64,000 nucleotides of DNA from Clostridia bacterium (GTDB taxonomy: Bacteria > Bacillota > Clostridia > Christensenellales > CAG-138): the NCBI GenBank assembly GCA_035399665.1, contig DAOPJM010000002.1:13484-77483 (forward strand), given 5' to 3'. Shown here piece by piece: positions 17,980 to 30,549 of this stretch (position 1 is its first letter; each line of letters opens with the position of its first letter). The notes beneath the pieces were generated by a model. It was given only the letters and a program-made list of their open reading frames with translations, ran no database searches and was not told the origin of the DNA. Position numbers and translations under genes: made by a program.

Positions 17980-18246
17980 GTGAAGAAAATTCCAATGCGA
18001 ATGTGTGTAGCATGTCGCATTATGCAGCCGAAAAGAGATCTCATAAGAATCGTCAAAACGGCGGATGGAAAGCTTGTTGTTGATCCGACGGGCAAGTGCA
18101 ACGGGCGAGGCGCGTATATCTGCCGCAAGGAGGAATGCCTGAACAAGGCGTTGAAATCCAAGGCCATTGAACGCGCTCTTGAGGCGCCCGCAAGCCCCGA
18201 ATTGCTGTTGCGACTGAAAGAGGCGATGGGTGACGGACAGACTTAG
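17980..18246 (+). CDS. ylxR: YlxR/RnpM (DUF448) RNA-binding protein
   Basis: 88 aa with an RMCVACR motif. GTG start. It lies between nusA and ylxQ. Confidence 0.85.
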   Translation: MKKIPMRMCVACRIMQPKRDLIRIVKTADGKLVVDPTGKCNGRGAYICRKEECLNKALKSKAIERALEAPASPELLLRLKEAMGDGQT

Positions 18247-18523
18247 CGGGGCGCTCGGCCTTTGTATGAAGGCGGGCAAATGCAAAAGCGGAGATGTTGC
18301 CTGTGAGACCTTGGTAAGAGGCGGGCAAGCCAAGCTTGTGGCGCTCGATTCGGCGGCGTCGGAGAATACCAAAAAGAAATATACCGATATGTGCCACAGC
18401 CATGATGTACCATTGATTTTCGTAGAAAACATGGGCAAAGCGATAGGCAAGGACTCAAGGAAGGTTATGGCGGTAACGGACGAGAACTTCAAAAGATTAA
18501 TCTTAAACGCGCAGGTGTTTTAA
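18230..18523 (+). CDS. ylxQ: L7Ae-family RNA-binding protein YlxQ
   Basis: 97 aa with LGLCMKAGK. GTG start overlapping ylxR. It lies upstream of infB. Confidence 0.8.
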   Translation: MTDRLSGALGLCMKAGKCKSGDVACETLVRGGQAKLVALDSAASENTKKKYTDMCHSHDVPLIFVENMGKAIGKDSRKVMAVTDENFKRLILNAQVF

Positions 18524-18538
18524 GGAACGGGGGTAGTT

Positions 18539-21202
<2,664 letters not shown>

Positions 21203-21211
21203 GGAGAGACT

Positions 21212-21571
21212 ATGTCACAGGTTCGTGAAGAACGCTTAAACGAAGAGGTCAAAAAGACGCTCAGCGCCATCATATTTGACATGAAGGATCCGCGCATCCC
21301 CGCCATGACCTCGGTCACGGCGGTGGAGGTGTCTCAGGACATGAAATATGCCAAGGTGCATATATCTGTCTATGACGACGCGGAGGCGATGAAGGAGGCT
21401 ATAAAGACGTTGAACCATGCTTCTGGCTTTATAGCGCACGAGGTAGGACAGCGTATGCAGATACGCAGGATTCCGTCCTTCAAGTTTGTCGCCGATGAGT
21501 CAATAGCGTATGGCGCGAGGATAGCTTCCATAATCAACAGCTTGCATCAGGACGACGATGAAAATACTTGA
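21212..21571 (+). CDS. rbfA: Ribosome-binding factor A
   Basis: 119 aa, in the conserved position after infB. Confidence 0.9.
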   Translation: MSQVREERLNEEVKKTLSAIIFDMKDPRIPAMTSVTAVEVSQDMKYAKVHISVYDDAEAMKEAIKTLNHASGFIAHEVGQRMQIRRIPSFKFVADESIAYGARIASIINSLHQDDDENT

Positions 21572-22532
21572 TGAAACAGCAAGCTTCATAGAGAAGAACG
21601 ACGGGTTTCTGTTGGTCTCGCATATATCGCCCGATGGGGACACCATGGGTTCCGCGCTTGCGCTGTATGCGGCACTTAAAAAGCTTGGTAAGTCGGCACA
21701 GCTTGTTTGCGTTGACCCTGTACCGCAGTATCTGTCGTTTATGCATAACTCATCAGAGTTCAGGCTGCCCGCTTTGGCGCAGCCTTTTAATGCTGTAATC
21801 TTTATCGACTGCGCCGATGAAAGCAGAACGGGTATGCCAGAGCTGTTTGCAAACCGCAAACCTTCGCTCAGTATCGATCATCACAGAACGAATCCCATGT
21901 TCGCAGACGTCAATCTGGTCGAGCGCAGAGCTGCAACCGGAGAACTCATGTACAAGGTGATTCGGCGTATCGGGGCGGAGATTGACCGCGACATGGCGGA
22001 ATGCCTGTTTACTGCGATAGCCACCGACTCAGGTAACTTCGCTTATGCGGCGACCGAGCCGGACACGTTCAGAATAAGCGGGGATCTATTGGAGTGCGGC
22101 TTTGATTTGCCCGAGCTTAACCGCAGACTGTTTCGAACAAAGCGACTTTCGCGGGTGCGGGTTTTAGGCATAGTGATGAGCGGTATGCAGATTATGTGCG
22201 ACGGACTGTTCGCAATGGCAACGCTGTCGAACGAACAGATGGACTCCGTGAATGCGAGCGGCGTTGACTGTGAAGGTGTAATCGATATGATGCGCGATGT
22301 TGAAGGCGTGGAGACAGCCTGCCTCATCCGTGACGATAAAGACGGTGAGCTTCGCGTGAGCATGAGATCCAAGCATGATTTCGATGTTGCAAAGGTTATG
22401 CAGATGTTCGACGGCGGAGGGCATATGCGAGCCTCCGGCTGCGTTTTGAAAATGAAACTCGAAGAAGCAAAGAGTATGCTTGAGGAAGTTATAATATCCG
22501 AGATGAAGAAGCAAGGAATATGGACGGAGTAG
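21558..22532 (+). CDS. nrnA: DHH/DHHA1 phosphoesterase (NrnA-type oligoribonuclease/pAp phosphatase)
   Basis: 324 aa with motifs HISPDGD, DCAD, IDHH and GGGH. Confidence 0.8.
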   Translation: MKILDETASFIEKNDGFLLVSHISPDGDTMGSALALYAALKKLGKSAQLVCVDPVPQYLSFMHNSSEFRLPALAQPFNAVIFIDCADESRTGMPELFANRKPSLSIDHHRTNPMFADVNLVERRAATGELMYKVIRRIGAEIDRDMAECLFTAIATDSGNFAYAATEPDTFRISGDLLECGFDLPELNRRLFRTKRLSRVRVLGIVMSGMQIMCDGLFAMATLSNEQMDSVNASGVDCEGVIDMMRDVEGVETACLIRDDKDGELRVSMRSKHDFDVAKVMQMFDGGGHMRASGCVLKMKLEEAKSMLEEVIISEMKKQGIWTE

Positions 22533-23383
22533 TTGTCGTCCTAAAGCCCCCGGGCATGTCGTCAAACGACGTCGTAGTCGATATAAGACGGCTGTTCGAC
22601 CTAAAGAGGGTGGGGCATACGGGTACGCTTGACCCCGCGGCGTCGGGAGTGCTTCCCGTTTGCGTCGGCAGAGCGACAAGACTGTTTGATTACCTTGTTG
22701 ATAAGCGAAAGAAGTATATCTATGAGATTTGCTTCGGCGCTTCCACCGATACGCAAGACGCAACGGGCAGGGTGTGCGAAAGCTCAGACGGGGTTGTAAC
22801 ACGCGAAATGGTGGAGAGCCTGCTGCCAAAGCTCAGAGGCAGGGTGATGCAGACCGTGCCGATGTATTCGGCGCTGAAATATAATGGACAAAAGCTCTAC
22901 GACATAGCTTTGGCGGGTAAGTCTGCCCCCGAAAAGCGGCGAGAGATCGATCTCTTTTCGCATGAGCTTATTGAAACGACAGGCAGAAACCGCTTTCTTC
23001 TGCGGGTGGAATGCTCAAGAGGCACCTACGTTCGTACCCTGTGCGACGATATGGGACGATATGCGGGGGTCCCGGCCCACATGTCCTTCCTGCTTAGAGA
23101 AAGCTCGGGCGACTTTGATTTGGACGAGGCTTACAGTATAGCCGAGCTTGCCGAAATGAAGGAAAGCGGTAGCCTAATTAGTTCGCTCATAAGCTGCGAA
23201 CACGCACTCTCGTCCCTTCCAAAGATAGTTTTGGGGGATGACCGCCTGACGCCTACAAAGAATGGCCTTGGAACAACTGTGAGGGCTGACGATGGGGCCT
23301 ACCGCTGCTATGCTTGCGGGAGCTTTTTGGGCGTGGCAAGGGTAAACGAGAACAATTTGAAACTTGAGGTGCATTTGTATTGA
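22520..23383 (+). CDS. truB: tRNA pseudouridine(55) synthase
   Basis: 287 aa with the GHTGTLDPAASGVL catalytic Asp motif. Confidence 0.93.
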   Translation: MDGVVVVLKPPGMSSNDVVVDIRRLFDLKRVGHTGTLDPAASGVLPVCVGRATRLFDYLVDKRKKYIYEICFGASTDTQDATGRVCESSDGVVTREMVESLLPKLRGRVMQTVPMYSALKYNGQKLYDIALAGKSAPEKRREIDLFSHELIETTGRNRFLLRVECSRGTYVRTLCDDMGRYAGVPAHMSFLLRESSGDFDLDEAYSIAELAEMKESGSLISSLISCEHALSSLPKIVLGDDRLTPTKNGLGTTVRADDGAYRCYACGSFLGVARVNENNLKLEVHLY

Positions 23384-24291
23384 ACACGGATAGGTACGTC
23401 GTAGCGCTTGGGATGTTTGACGGAGTGCATTTGGGTCATTGCGCCCTTATTTCGTCAGCCGTCTTTCATGCGCGTGAGCAGGGCAGAAAGTCCGTTGTGT
23501 TCACCTTTGAAAACCATCCCATGGAGCTGTTTAAGGGCAGATTTGAGTATCTCAACACGAACGAACAGCGCGTGGAGAGGATTAAAGCACTCGAATGCGA
23601 CGTCATTGACATGGTTCCCTTTACTAAAAGCATGGCGGAGACAGAGCCAGAGGACTTCATCAAAGGCTTGCTTGCGCGCTATGACAACAGGGTCGATGAC
23701 ATTTTTGTGGGATTCAATTACAGCTTCGGTCAAGGAGGGCGCGGAACTCCCGAGCTTTTGCGCGAATTGGGCAAAGAGCTGGGCTTTGGCGTCACCGTGA
23801 TTGACCCCATCATGTACAAAGACGAACCTATTTCAAGCTCAAGGATAAGAGCCGCTATAAAGGCGGGGGATATGCAGGAAGCAAAGCGTATGCTTTGGAC
23901 TCCGTACACGCTCTGCGGCAAGGTGATAGCCAACCGCGGAATAGGCAGAAGGATAGGCTACCCAACCGCGAACATCGACTGCGAAAAGCAGGTAATGCCG
24001 CAGGACGGGGTCTATGCGACGGCCGCTCTGATTGACGGACAAAGGTACTGCGCAGTGACAAACGTGGGACGAAATCCAACATTTGACGGGACGAATCGAA
24101 GCGTTGAAACGCATATTATAGGCTTTCATCGGGATTTATACGAGAGAGAGTTAAGGGTTGAGATGCTTGAAAAGCTGCGTGACGACATCAAGTTTGAGAG
24201 TGTGAATGAACTGAAAACTCAGATAGGCGCGGATATCGAGCAGACGAAAAAAATATTTGAAAACGGGCAAAAAAAGGTTTACAACCGCTGA
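23380..24291 (+). CDS. ribF: Bifunctional riboflavin kinase / FAD synthetase
   Basis: 303 aa with GMFDGVHLGH in the N-domain and a riboflavin kinase C-domain (GYPTANI). Confidence 0.93.
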   Translation: MNTDRYVVALGMFDGVHLGHCALISSAVFHAREQGRKSVVFTFENHPMELFKGRFEYLNTNEQRVERIKALECDVIDMVPFTKSMAETEPEDFIKGLLARYDNRVDDIFVGFNYSFGQGGRGTPELLRELGKELGFGVTVIDPIMYKDEPISSSRIRAAIKAGDMQEAKRMLWTPYTLCGKVIANRGIGRRIGYPTANIDCEKQVMPQDGVYATAALIDGQRYCAVTNVGRNPTFDGTNRSVETHIIGFHRDLYERELRVEMLEKLRDDIKFESVNELKTQIGADIEQTKKIFENGQKKVYNR

Positions 24292-24306
24292 AAAACGTGG
24301 TATGCT
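24278..24306 (+). promoter_or_regulatory. Sigma-70-type promoter for rpsO, inside the ribF 3' end
   Basis: TTTACA (24278-24283), a 17-nt spacer, then TGg-TATGCT (24301-24306). This predicts an rpsO leader of about 80 nt. Confidence 0.5.
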
Positions 24307-24392
24307 GACTGTTGTTAAACTGCTTGCTTAGTGAAGCGAATCTCCAACGCTATGCTCAGTTTGCAGGGATATGAATAAAAAGGAGTAAGAAA

Positions 24393-24647
24393 ATGACAAA
24401 GCAAGAAATCATCGCCATGCACGCACTGCATGAGGGCGACACCGGTTCCCCCGAGGTACAGATAGCACTCCTCACCGAGCGCATCAATCACCTTAACGAG
24501 CATCTCAAGGTCAACAAGAAGGATCACCATTCAAGGCGTGGTTTGCTGAAGATGGTTGGTCAGCGGCGCGGACTTCTCAATTACCTGAAGGAGAAAGACA
24601 TCGAACGTTACAGAGCGATAGTCGCAAGCTTGAATCTGAGGAAATAA
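24393..24647 (+). CDS. rpsO: 30S ribosomal protein S15
   Basis: 84 aa with [17 protein letters not shown] and HHSRRGLL. Confidence 0.97.
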   Translation: MTKQEIIAMHALHEGDTGSPEVQIALLTERINHLNEHLKVNKKDHHSRRGLLKMVGQRRGLLNYLKEKDIERYRAIVASLNLRK

Positions 24648-24652
24648 AGCAA

Positions 24653-24683
24653 GGGGCGGGGATTAAAACCCGCCTCAATTTTT
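24653..24683 (+). terminator. Intrinsic terminator/attenuator between rpsO and pnp
   Basis: GGGGCGGG-gattaaaa-CCCGCCTC forms an 8-bp stem with one G.U pair, followed by aaTTTTT. Confidence 0.7.
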
Positions 24684-24747
24684 GTTGCTTGTTTTTCGGA
24701 TGAATAATAGTGGCAATAATAAATGAAGATAAAGAGGAAAAAAGAAA

Positions 24748-26859
24748 ATGACACCAAAGACTTATGAAACAGTGATCGGCGGTCGCAAGACAACGATCGA
24801 AGCAGGCAAGTATGCCGAGCAAGCGGGCGGTTCCTGCCTGCTGCGCTGCGGTGGTACGGCCGTTCTGGTCTGCGCAACCGTGGCGAAGGCGCCGCGTGAC
24901 GGCGTGGACTTTCTGCCGCTCAGCGTTGAGTTCGAAGAGAAGATGTACTCTGTGGGCAAGATTCCCGGCGGGTTCATAAAGCGCGAGGGACGTCCTTCAG
25001 AGAAGGCAATCCTAACCTGCAGGCTTATCGACAGGCCGCTTCGTCCTCTGTTCCCCAAGGGATTCTACAATGACATTCAGGTCATAGCAACCGTACTGTC
25101 CGTGGATCAGGACTGTTCGCCCGAAGTATTGGCAATGAATGGCGCTTCCGCCGCGTTGTCGATTTCAAACGCACCCTTCATGGGGCCTATCGGCGCGGTT
25201 GCCGTCGGCATGATCGACGGAGAGTATATTATCAACCCCGACACCGAGCAGCGCGAAAAGAGCGTTCTGAGCCTGACTGTGGCCGGCACTAAGGACGCCG
25301 TGATGATGGTTGAGGCGGGCGCACAGGAGATAAGCGAGAGCGAGATGCTCGAAGCTATCATGTTCGCGCACGAGGAGATCAAGAAGATCGTTGCGTTCAT
25401 CTCCGAGGTTCAGGCTGACTGCGGCAAGGAAAAGATTGAGGTTGTAATTCATCAGCCCAATGCGGAGCTTGCTGCAAAGGTTCGCGAGTTCGCCTATGAT
25501 AAGGTTGTTTGGCAGATGGACACCTTCGACCGTCAGGAACGCGAGGCGCGTACCGAGCAGGTCAAGGCGGAGACCCGTGCCGCGTTTGCCGAGGAATACC
25601 CCGATGACGCAAAGGACGTTGACGCCATCCTGTATAACATGACTAAGGAAGTCATGCGTGACAAGATAATCAACAAGAAGATCCGTCCGGATGGCAGAGC
25701 ACAGGACGAGATTCGCCCCATTTGGTGTGAAGTTGGACTGCTTGAGCGTCCGCACGGCAGCGCAGTGTTCACAAGGGGTCAGACTCAGGTTATGACTATC
25801 GCCACCCTCGGCACCATTTCCGAGGCTCAGATACTTGACGGCATCGCTTTGGATGACAGCAAGCGTTACATGCATCAGTACAATATGCCCCCATACAGCA
25901 CCGGCGAGACCCGCCCCGTGAGGAGCCCGGGTCGCCGTGAGATCGGTCACGGGGCGTTGGCAGAGCGCGCATTGGAGCCGGTTCTTCCCAGTGAGGAGGA
26001 GTTCCCCTATTGTATGCGTCTTGTTTCCGAGGTTATCAGCTCCAATGGTTCCACCTCTCAGGCTTCCATCTGCGCGAGCACACTTGCGCTCATGGACGCG
26101 GGCGTACCCATCAAGAAGCCTGTCGCGGGCGTCGCAATGGGTCTCATCAAGGACGTTGAGAGCGGAAACCTTGCGATACTGACCGATATTCAAGGGCTTG
26201 AGGACTTCTTGGGCGATATGGATTTCAAGGTCGCAGGCACCAAGGACGGCATCACAGCCATTCAGATGGACATAAAGATTAAGGGTATTGACCGCGAGAT
26301 TCTTACCCGCGCATTGGAGCAGGCAAGGAAGGGCAGACTGTTCATCCTTGACAAGATGGCCGAGACCATTTCCGAGCCGAGAGCAGAGCTGTCACGCTAC
26401 GCGCCGCGCATCATCACCTTCTCAATTCATCCTGACAAGATTCGTGAGGTCATTGGTTCGGGCGGCAAGGTCATCAACAAGATTATTGCCGACACCGGCG
26501 TCAAGATTGACATCGAGGACGACGGAACAGTCTATATCGCTTCTCCCGACGCGCAGGCAGCGGCGGAAGCGAAGCGCATAATCGACGGTATCGTCAAGGA
26601 TATTGAAGTCGGTGATGTGTACTACGGAACTGTTGTGGGCATCAAGGACTTTGGCGCGTTTGTCAACCTGACGCCGGGCAAGGATGGTCTGCTGCACATC
26701 TCCAGGATTGCAAGAGAGCGCATTGCCAAGGTCGAGGACGTCCTGCACATGGGCGACAAGGTCATGGTAAGGGTCATAGAGATTGACTCCAAGACGGGCA
26801 AGATAAGCCTCACAAGGAAGGATTTGCTTCCCGATGACGGCCCCAAGTCCGATAGGTAA
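24748..26859 (+). CDS. pnp: Polyribonucleotide nucleotidyltransferase (PNPase)
   Basis: 703 aa with two RNase PH domains plus KH and S1 domains ([13 protein letters not shown]). Confidence 0.97.
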   Translation: MTPKTYETVIGGRKTTIEAGKYAEQAGGSCLLRCGGTAVLVCATVAKAPRDGVDFLPLSVEFEEKMYSVGKIPGGFIKREGRPSEKAILTCRLIDRPLRPLFPKGFYNDIQVIATVLSVDQDCSPEVLAMNGASAALSISNAPFMGPIGAVAVGMIDGEYIINPDTEQREKSVLSLTVAGTKDAVMMVEAGAQEISESEMLEAIMFAHEEIKKIVAFISEVQADCGKEKIEVVIHQPNAELAAKVREFAYDKVVWQMDTFDRQEREARTEQVKAETRAAFAEEYPDDAKDVDAILYNMTKEVMRDKIINKKIRPDGRAQDEIRPIWCEVGLLERPHGSAVFTRGQTQVMTIATLGTISEAQILDGIALDDSKRYMHQYNMPPYSTGETRPVRSPGRREIGHGALAERALEPVLPSEEEFPYCMRLVSEVISSNGSTSQASICASTLALMDAGVPIKKPVAGVAMGLIKDVESGNLAILTDIQGLEDFLGDMDFKVAGTKDGITAIQMDIKIKGIDREILTRALEQARKGRLFILDKMAETISEPRAELSRYAPRIITFSIHPDKIREVIGSGGKVINKIIADTGVKIDIEDDGTVYIASPDAQAAAEAKRIIDGIVKDIEVGDVYYGTVVGIKDFGAFVNLTPGKDGLLHISRIARERIAKVEDVLHMGDKVMVRVIEIDSKTGKISLTRKDLLPDDGPKSDR

Positions 26860-26877
26860 TAATCAGGTCATAGCTTT

Positions 26878-26912
26878 GGGGCGTAACGGCTTATCAGCGT
26901 TGCGCCCCTTTT
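26878..26912 (+). terminator. Intrinsic terminator after pnp
   Basis: GGGGCGTAACG / CGTTGCGCCCC forms an 11-bp stem with one G.U pair and a 9-nt loop, followed by TTTT. Confidence 0.8.
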
Positions 26913-26977
26913 AGACTTTTGGATTATTTAGAGAATTCGGTGTAAAACTAAGCTATCACAATATCTAAGGAGTAAAA

Positions 26978-28264
26978 ATGATTAAGATCAAGACCCTGTC
27001 GAACGGACTTAGGGTAGTCACGGAACAGATGGAAGGCGTCAGGTCGGTTTCAGTGGGCGTTTGGGTGAACGCGGGTTCAGTGTTTGAGGACGAGAACAAT
27101 TCGGGCATCTCTCATTTCATCGAGCATATGTTGTTCAAGGGTACCGAAAGACGCAGCGCAACCGATATCGCGGTAGAGATGGACAGCATAGGGGGCAACC
27201 TCAACGCCTTTACCGCAAAGGAATGCACCTGCTTCTATGCCAAGGTCATGGACAGGCATATAGGGCAGGCGGTGGACATCTTGGCCGATTTATTGCTTGA
27301 AAGCAAATTTGAGGAGGAAGCCACTGAGCGCGAAAAGGGCGTTGTCTGCGAGGAGATTTACATGACCTTCGACAACCCCGAGGACTTGGTCTTTGAAATG
27401 GGTTCAGCCCTGTTCTTTGAGAACTCAAGCCTGATGCGTCCGATATTGGGGACGGAGGAAACCATAAGGTCATTCGACAAGGCCAAAATGCGTGAATATA
27501 TGGCAACGCACTATACCGCCGAAAACATGGTGGTATGCTGCACGGGCAGCTTTGATGAGCAAGAGTTTGAAAGACTTATTGATGAGAGCTTCGGCAAGGT
27601 CGCTTCGGGGTCGAGAAAAGCGGCGGCAGAGCATAAGCCCGAACGCGGAATGCGCGTGGGCTTTGCCGAGAAGGACAACGAGCAGGTGCATATCTGCATG
27701 ACATTTCCGGGGTATCCCTTGGGCAGCCGAGAGTACTATGCGCTCGCGGTGTTGTCGAACGTGATAGGCGGAAGCATGAGCAGCCGTATGTTTCAAAGAA
27801 TAAGGGAGCAGATGGGACTTGCATACTCGGTGTACACCTACCCAATGGCATATAGGGGTATAGGCTGTATGTGCGCCTATGCGGGTTCGGGCGACAAGCA
27901 GGCTGTCAAGGTCTTAAAGCTCATGATAGAGGAGCTTGAAAAGGTTATAGATAACGGGATAAGCGAGGAAGAGCTGCACAGGTGTAAGGAGCAGCTCAAG
28001 GGCAGCTATGTCTTGGGATTCGAGTCCACGTCCAGCCATATGAACGCCATCGGAAAATGTTTACTTTTACAAGACAAAGAATATTCATTTGAGGCTACCC
28101 TTTCCGCTATCGATTGTGTTACAATGGAGCAAACAGAAGCGGTGGCTCATGAGGTTCTCAATCCCGACAGACTTTCGTTCTCAGCGGTCGGAAGGGTAGG
28201 CGCGATTGAGGGCGATATGCGCGCCGCGATGGAGGCTTTTTGGGAGAAGCATGGACAAGCTTGA
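26978..28264 (+). CDS. M16-family zinc peptidase (insulinase-like, MlpA/YmxG-type)
   Basis: 428 aa with the inverted zinc motif HFIEHMLFKGT (HxxEH). Confidence 0.85.
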   Translation: MIKIKTLSNGLRVVTEQMEGVRSVSVGVWVNAGSVFEDENNSGISHFIEHMLFKGTERRSATDIAVEMDSIGGNLNAFTAKECTCFYAKVMDRHIGQAVDILADLLLESKFEEEATEREKGVVCEEIYMTFDNPEDLVFEMGSALFFENSSLMRPILGTEETIRSFDKAKMREYMATHYTAENMVVCCTGSFDEQEFERLIDESFGKVASGSRKAAAEHKPERGMRVGFAEKDNEQVHICMTFPGYPLGSREYYALAVLSNVIGGSMSSRMFQRIREQMGLAYSVYTYPMAYRGIGCMCAYAGSGDKQAVKVLKLMIEELEKVIDNGISEEELHRCKEQLKGSYVLGFESTSSHMNAIGKCLLLQDKEYSFEATLSAIDCVTMEQTEAVAHEVLNPDRLSFSAVGRVGAIEGDMRAAMEAFWEKHGQA

Positions 28265-28631
28265 GACAATATTTTCAATGCAGCAGGCATTGGATGAGGA
28301 CATCAGCACAAGAAGACAGCTAAGATTCGATTACGAGACATGGATGCAGAAGGATATATTGGCAGCCATTGACGAGTTGACCGAGCTATTAAACGAGCTT
28401 AACTACAAGTGGTGGAAAAACCCTCGTCCGTTGGACAGGGACGCCATCAACGGTGAGCTTGTAGATGTTTTGCACTTCTTTATATCCATGTGCATAAGAA
28501 GCGGCATGGACGCTGATATGCTGTTCAGGCTGTATCTTGCGAAGAACCAAGAGAATTTCGACCGTCAAAACGGAGTATCGCAGAAGAAGGGTTACGAGGT
28601 TCGACAGGATGGCGAAGGCAAAGCGGACTAA
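28251..28631 (+). CDS. All-alpha dimeric-type dUTPase / NTP pyrophosphohydrolase family protein
   Basis: 126 aa from the ATG at 28251 (MDKLETIFSMQQALDE..., with ELxDVLHF-like ELVDVLHFF). The track start at 28206 lies inside the peptidase gene. The family was recalled and not searched. Confidence 0.6.
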   Translation: MDKLETIFSMQQALDEDISTRRQLRFDYETWMQKDILAAIDELTELLNELNYKWWKNPRPLDRDAINGELVDVLHFFISMCIRSGMDADMLFRLYLAKNQENFDRQNGVSQKKGYEVRQDGEGKAD

Positions 28632-29847
28632 GGAACAAGCCATAAGAAGACGTCGCGGCGTGTTTATCGCGTTCGTGATTGTTTTGATTGTCGCAACAAT
28701 GGGTATAGTCTATTTGATACTGAATCCATCGAGCGGCAAGCTCAAGGCGGACAGTATAGTTAGCAACTTCGAGGCAAGCGCAGTCGTAATCCGCCAAGAG
28801 GCCGTGGTGTCGCAGTCGGACATATATCAGCTGCGATTTGCAGTGGGCGAGGGCGACTATGTCAATGTAGGTCAGGAGATTGCGACAATCTACTCAAGGG
28901 GCTATGAAACGCAGTTCTCGGCATGGGTGGATGACGAGCAGTCGGCATATTCACAACAGCTTGTTTTACTGCAAAGCCAGTCTGGAACGGAGGAGCTGCC
29001 CGCGGCCCTCATAGACCTAAACAATCAGATCGACTATGTTCTTGACGCTATGATAGACGCGGACGGAGTAACCTTGCGCAGCCTTGAGCAAAGGCTTTCG
29101 GGACTGCTTGTGTCGCGCAGGGAGTATCTCTTAACGGCCGTCACAGCCGATACAGTATTGACCGAAACACTGTCGAGACTTTCAACGAAGTACGCGCAGA
29201 TAGGCGCAACAGTTTTATACAACCAAACACAGGCGGGCTATATCAGCTTTTTCATAGACAGCTATGAGGAATCCCTAAAGCTGGATCAGCTTACCGCGAC
29301 GCTCATTTCCAAGGTTATAAACGCCTCATCAGCACCGAGCTTCGGAAGCGACTATCTTTATCGGATAGTGTTTTCCGACACATGGTATTTGGCGTTTACG
29401 GAAAGCTCAGATTCACCTAACAGACTTTCGGTTGGAAAGTACTACGACGTCAACATCAAGGGCGAGGAAAAGACCTACAATGTTCAGTGCATAAGCGAGA
29501 AGGTAAACGCCGACAGCGTCATTTATGTACTTGAGGTGCCATCCGATGTTTACGAAGTGCTTTCAATTCGAAAACTCAGCATAGAGGTGAGGGCGGGGGC
29601 GACGGGCGTCAGCTGCAATTTGGACGCCATTATGTATATCGACGGCGTACCAACTGTGTACATAAAGTCAGGCAACGCCTACGTTCCGATTGCGGTAAAC
29701 ATACTTGCGGCAGACGAGACAAAAGCCATAATCGAGGCACAAAACGAGGCTATCGTGCTGACGGAGCATTTGCGATATGAGTATCATAAGAGCAGTACGG
29801 AAGATACCGCGACTGACAGCGGCTCAAGTGGAAGCGAGGGAGGCTAA
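28609..29847 (+). CDS. Orphan HlyD/membrane-fusion-protein-like bitopic membrane protein
   Basis: 412 aa from the ATG at 28609, with GAGGT 8 nt upstream. It has a basic N-tail, one TM segment (VFIAFVIVLIVATMGIVYLIL), a barrel-sandwich-like segment (AVGEGDYVNVGQEIATIY), a helical region, a beta-rich C-half and a Ser/Gly/Glu tail. Confidence 0.55.
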   Translation: MAKAKRTKEQAIRRRRGVFIAFVIVLIVATMGIVYLILNPSSGKLKADSIVSNFEASAVVIRQEAVVSQSDIYQLRFAVGEGDYVNVGQEIATIYSRGYETQFSAWVDDEQSAYSQQLVLLQSQSGTEELPAALIDLNNQIDYVLDAMIDADGVTLRSLEQRLSGLLVSRREYLLTAVTADTVLTETLSRLSTKYAQIGATVLYNQTQAGYISFFIDSYEESLKLDQLTATLISKVINASSAPSFGSDYLYRIVFSDTWYLAFTESSDSPNRLSVGKYYDVNIKGEEKTYNVQCISEKVNADSVIYVLEVPSDVYEVLSIRKLSIEVRAGATGVSCNLDAIMYIDGVPTVYIKSGNAYVPIAVNILAADETKAIIEAQNEAIVLTEHLRYEYHKSSTEDTATDSGSSGSEGG

Positions 29848-30536
29848 TGAACATAGGGGAGAGGGTGGCCGAGGTTAAGGCCAACATCCAAAGAGCTTGT
29901 GAGCGTTCGGGAAGAAGTGCGGATGAAGTCACTTTGATGGCCGTCACTAAGTATGTAGAGCCTGAAAGGATAGCGGAGGCGCTTGATGCAGGCATTGACT
30001 TGGTGGGAGAGAACCATGCACAGGAGCTGACAAAAAAGTTAACTTTCTATAAACAACGGGGATGCGGAGTTCATTTCATTGGACATTTGCAGACGAATAA
30101 GATAAAATATATATGTGGCAGCGTGGATTTGATCGAGTCTGTTGACAGGCTTGACGCTCTCGTTAAGCTGAATGAATATGCACAGCGACACGATGTAAAG
30201 CAGGGCATACTTCTTCAGGTCAACATTGGAGACGAGACACAAAAGAGCGGAGTATGCGAGGATGATTTATTCGCCTTGGCGGACGCCGCTTTAAGCATGG
30301 ATTCCGTCATCGTGAAGGGCTTGATGTGCGTACCGCCTGCGGTCAATGCTGAGCAGGCACGGCCGTATTTTCGACATATGAAAGAGCTTATGTCGGTGAT
30401 GCGGGAACGCTTTCCGCTGATGGAGCTATCGGTGCTGTCAATGGGCATGAGCCATGATTACGAAACAGCCATAGAGGAGGGCTCGACCCTTGTTAGGGTT
30501 GGGACGTCTATTTTCGGTCCGAGACCAATGATGTAG
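29847..30536 (+). CDS. yggS: YggS/YlmE-family PLP-homeostasis protein
   Basis: 229 aa with motifs MAVTKY, GENHAQE, HFIGHLQTNK and SMGMSHDYETAIEEGSTLVRVGTSIFG. Confidence 0.93.
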   Translation: MNIGERVAEVKANIQRACERSGRSADEVTLMAVTKYVEPERIAEALDAGIDLVGENHAQELTKKLTFYKQRGCGVHFIGHLQTNKIKYICGSVDLIESVDRLDALVKLNEYAQRHDVKQGILLQVNIGDETQKSGVCEDDLFALADAALSMDSVIVKGLMCVPPAVNAEQARPYFRHMKELMSVMRERFPLMELSVLSMGMSHDYETAIEEGSTLVRVGTSIFGPRPMM

Positions 30537-30549
30537 CGCAGGAGGGAAC

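Noticed and set aside
22164-22829. 221-aa minus-strand ORF
   Set aside because: It is antisense across the nrnA/truB junction and is Arg/Pro/Leu-rich, with no support.
25165-26193. 342-aa minus-strand ORF
   Set aside because: It is antisense to the pnp core domains and is a shadow frame.
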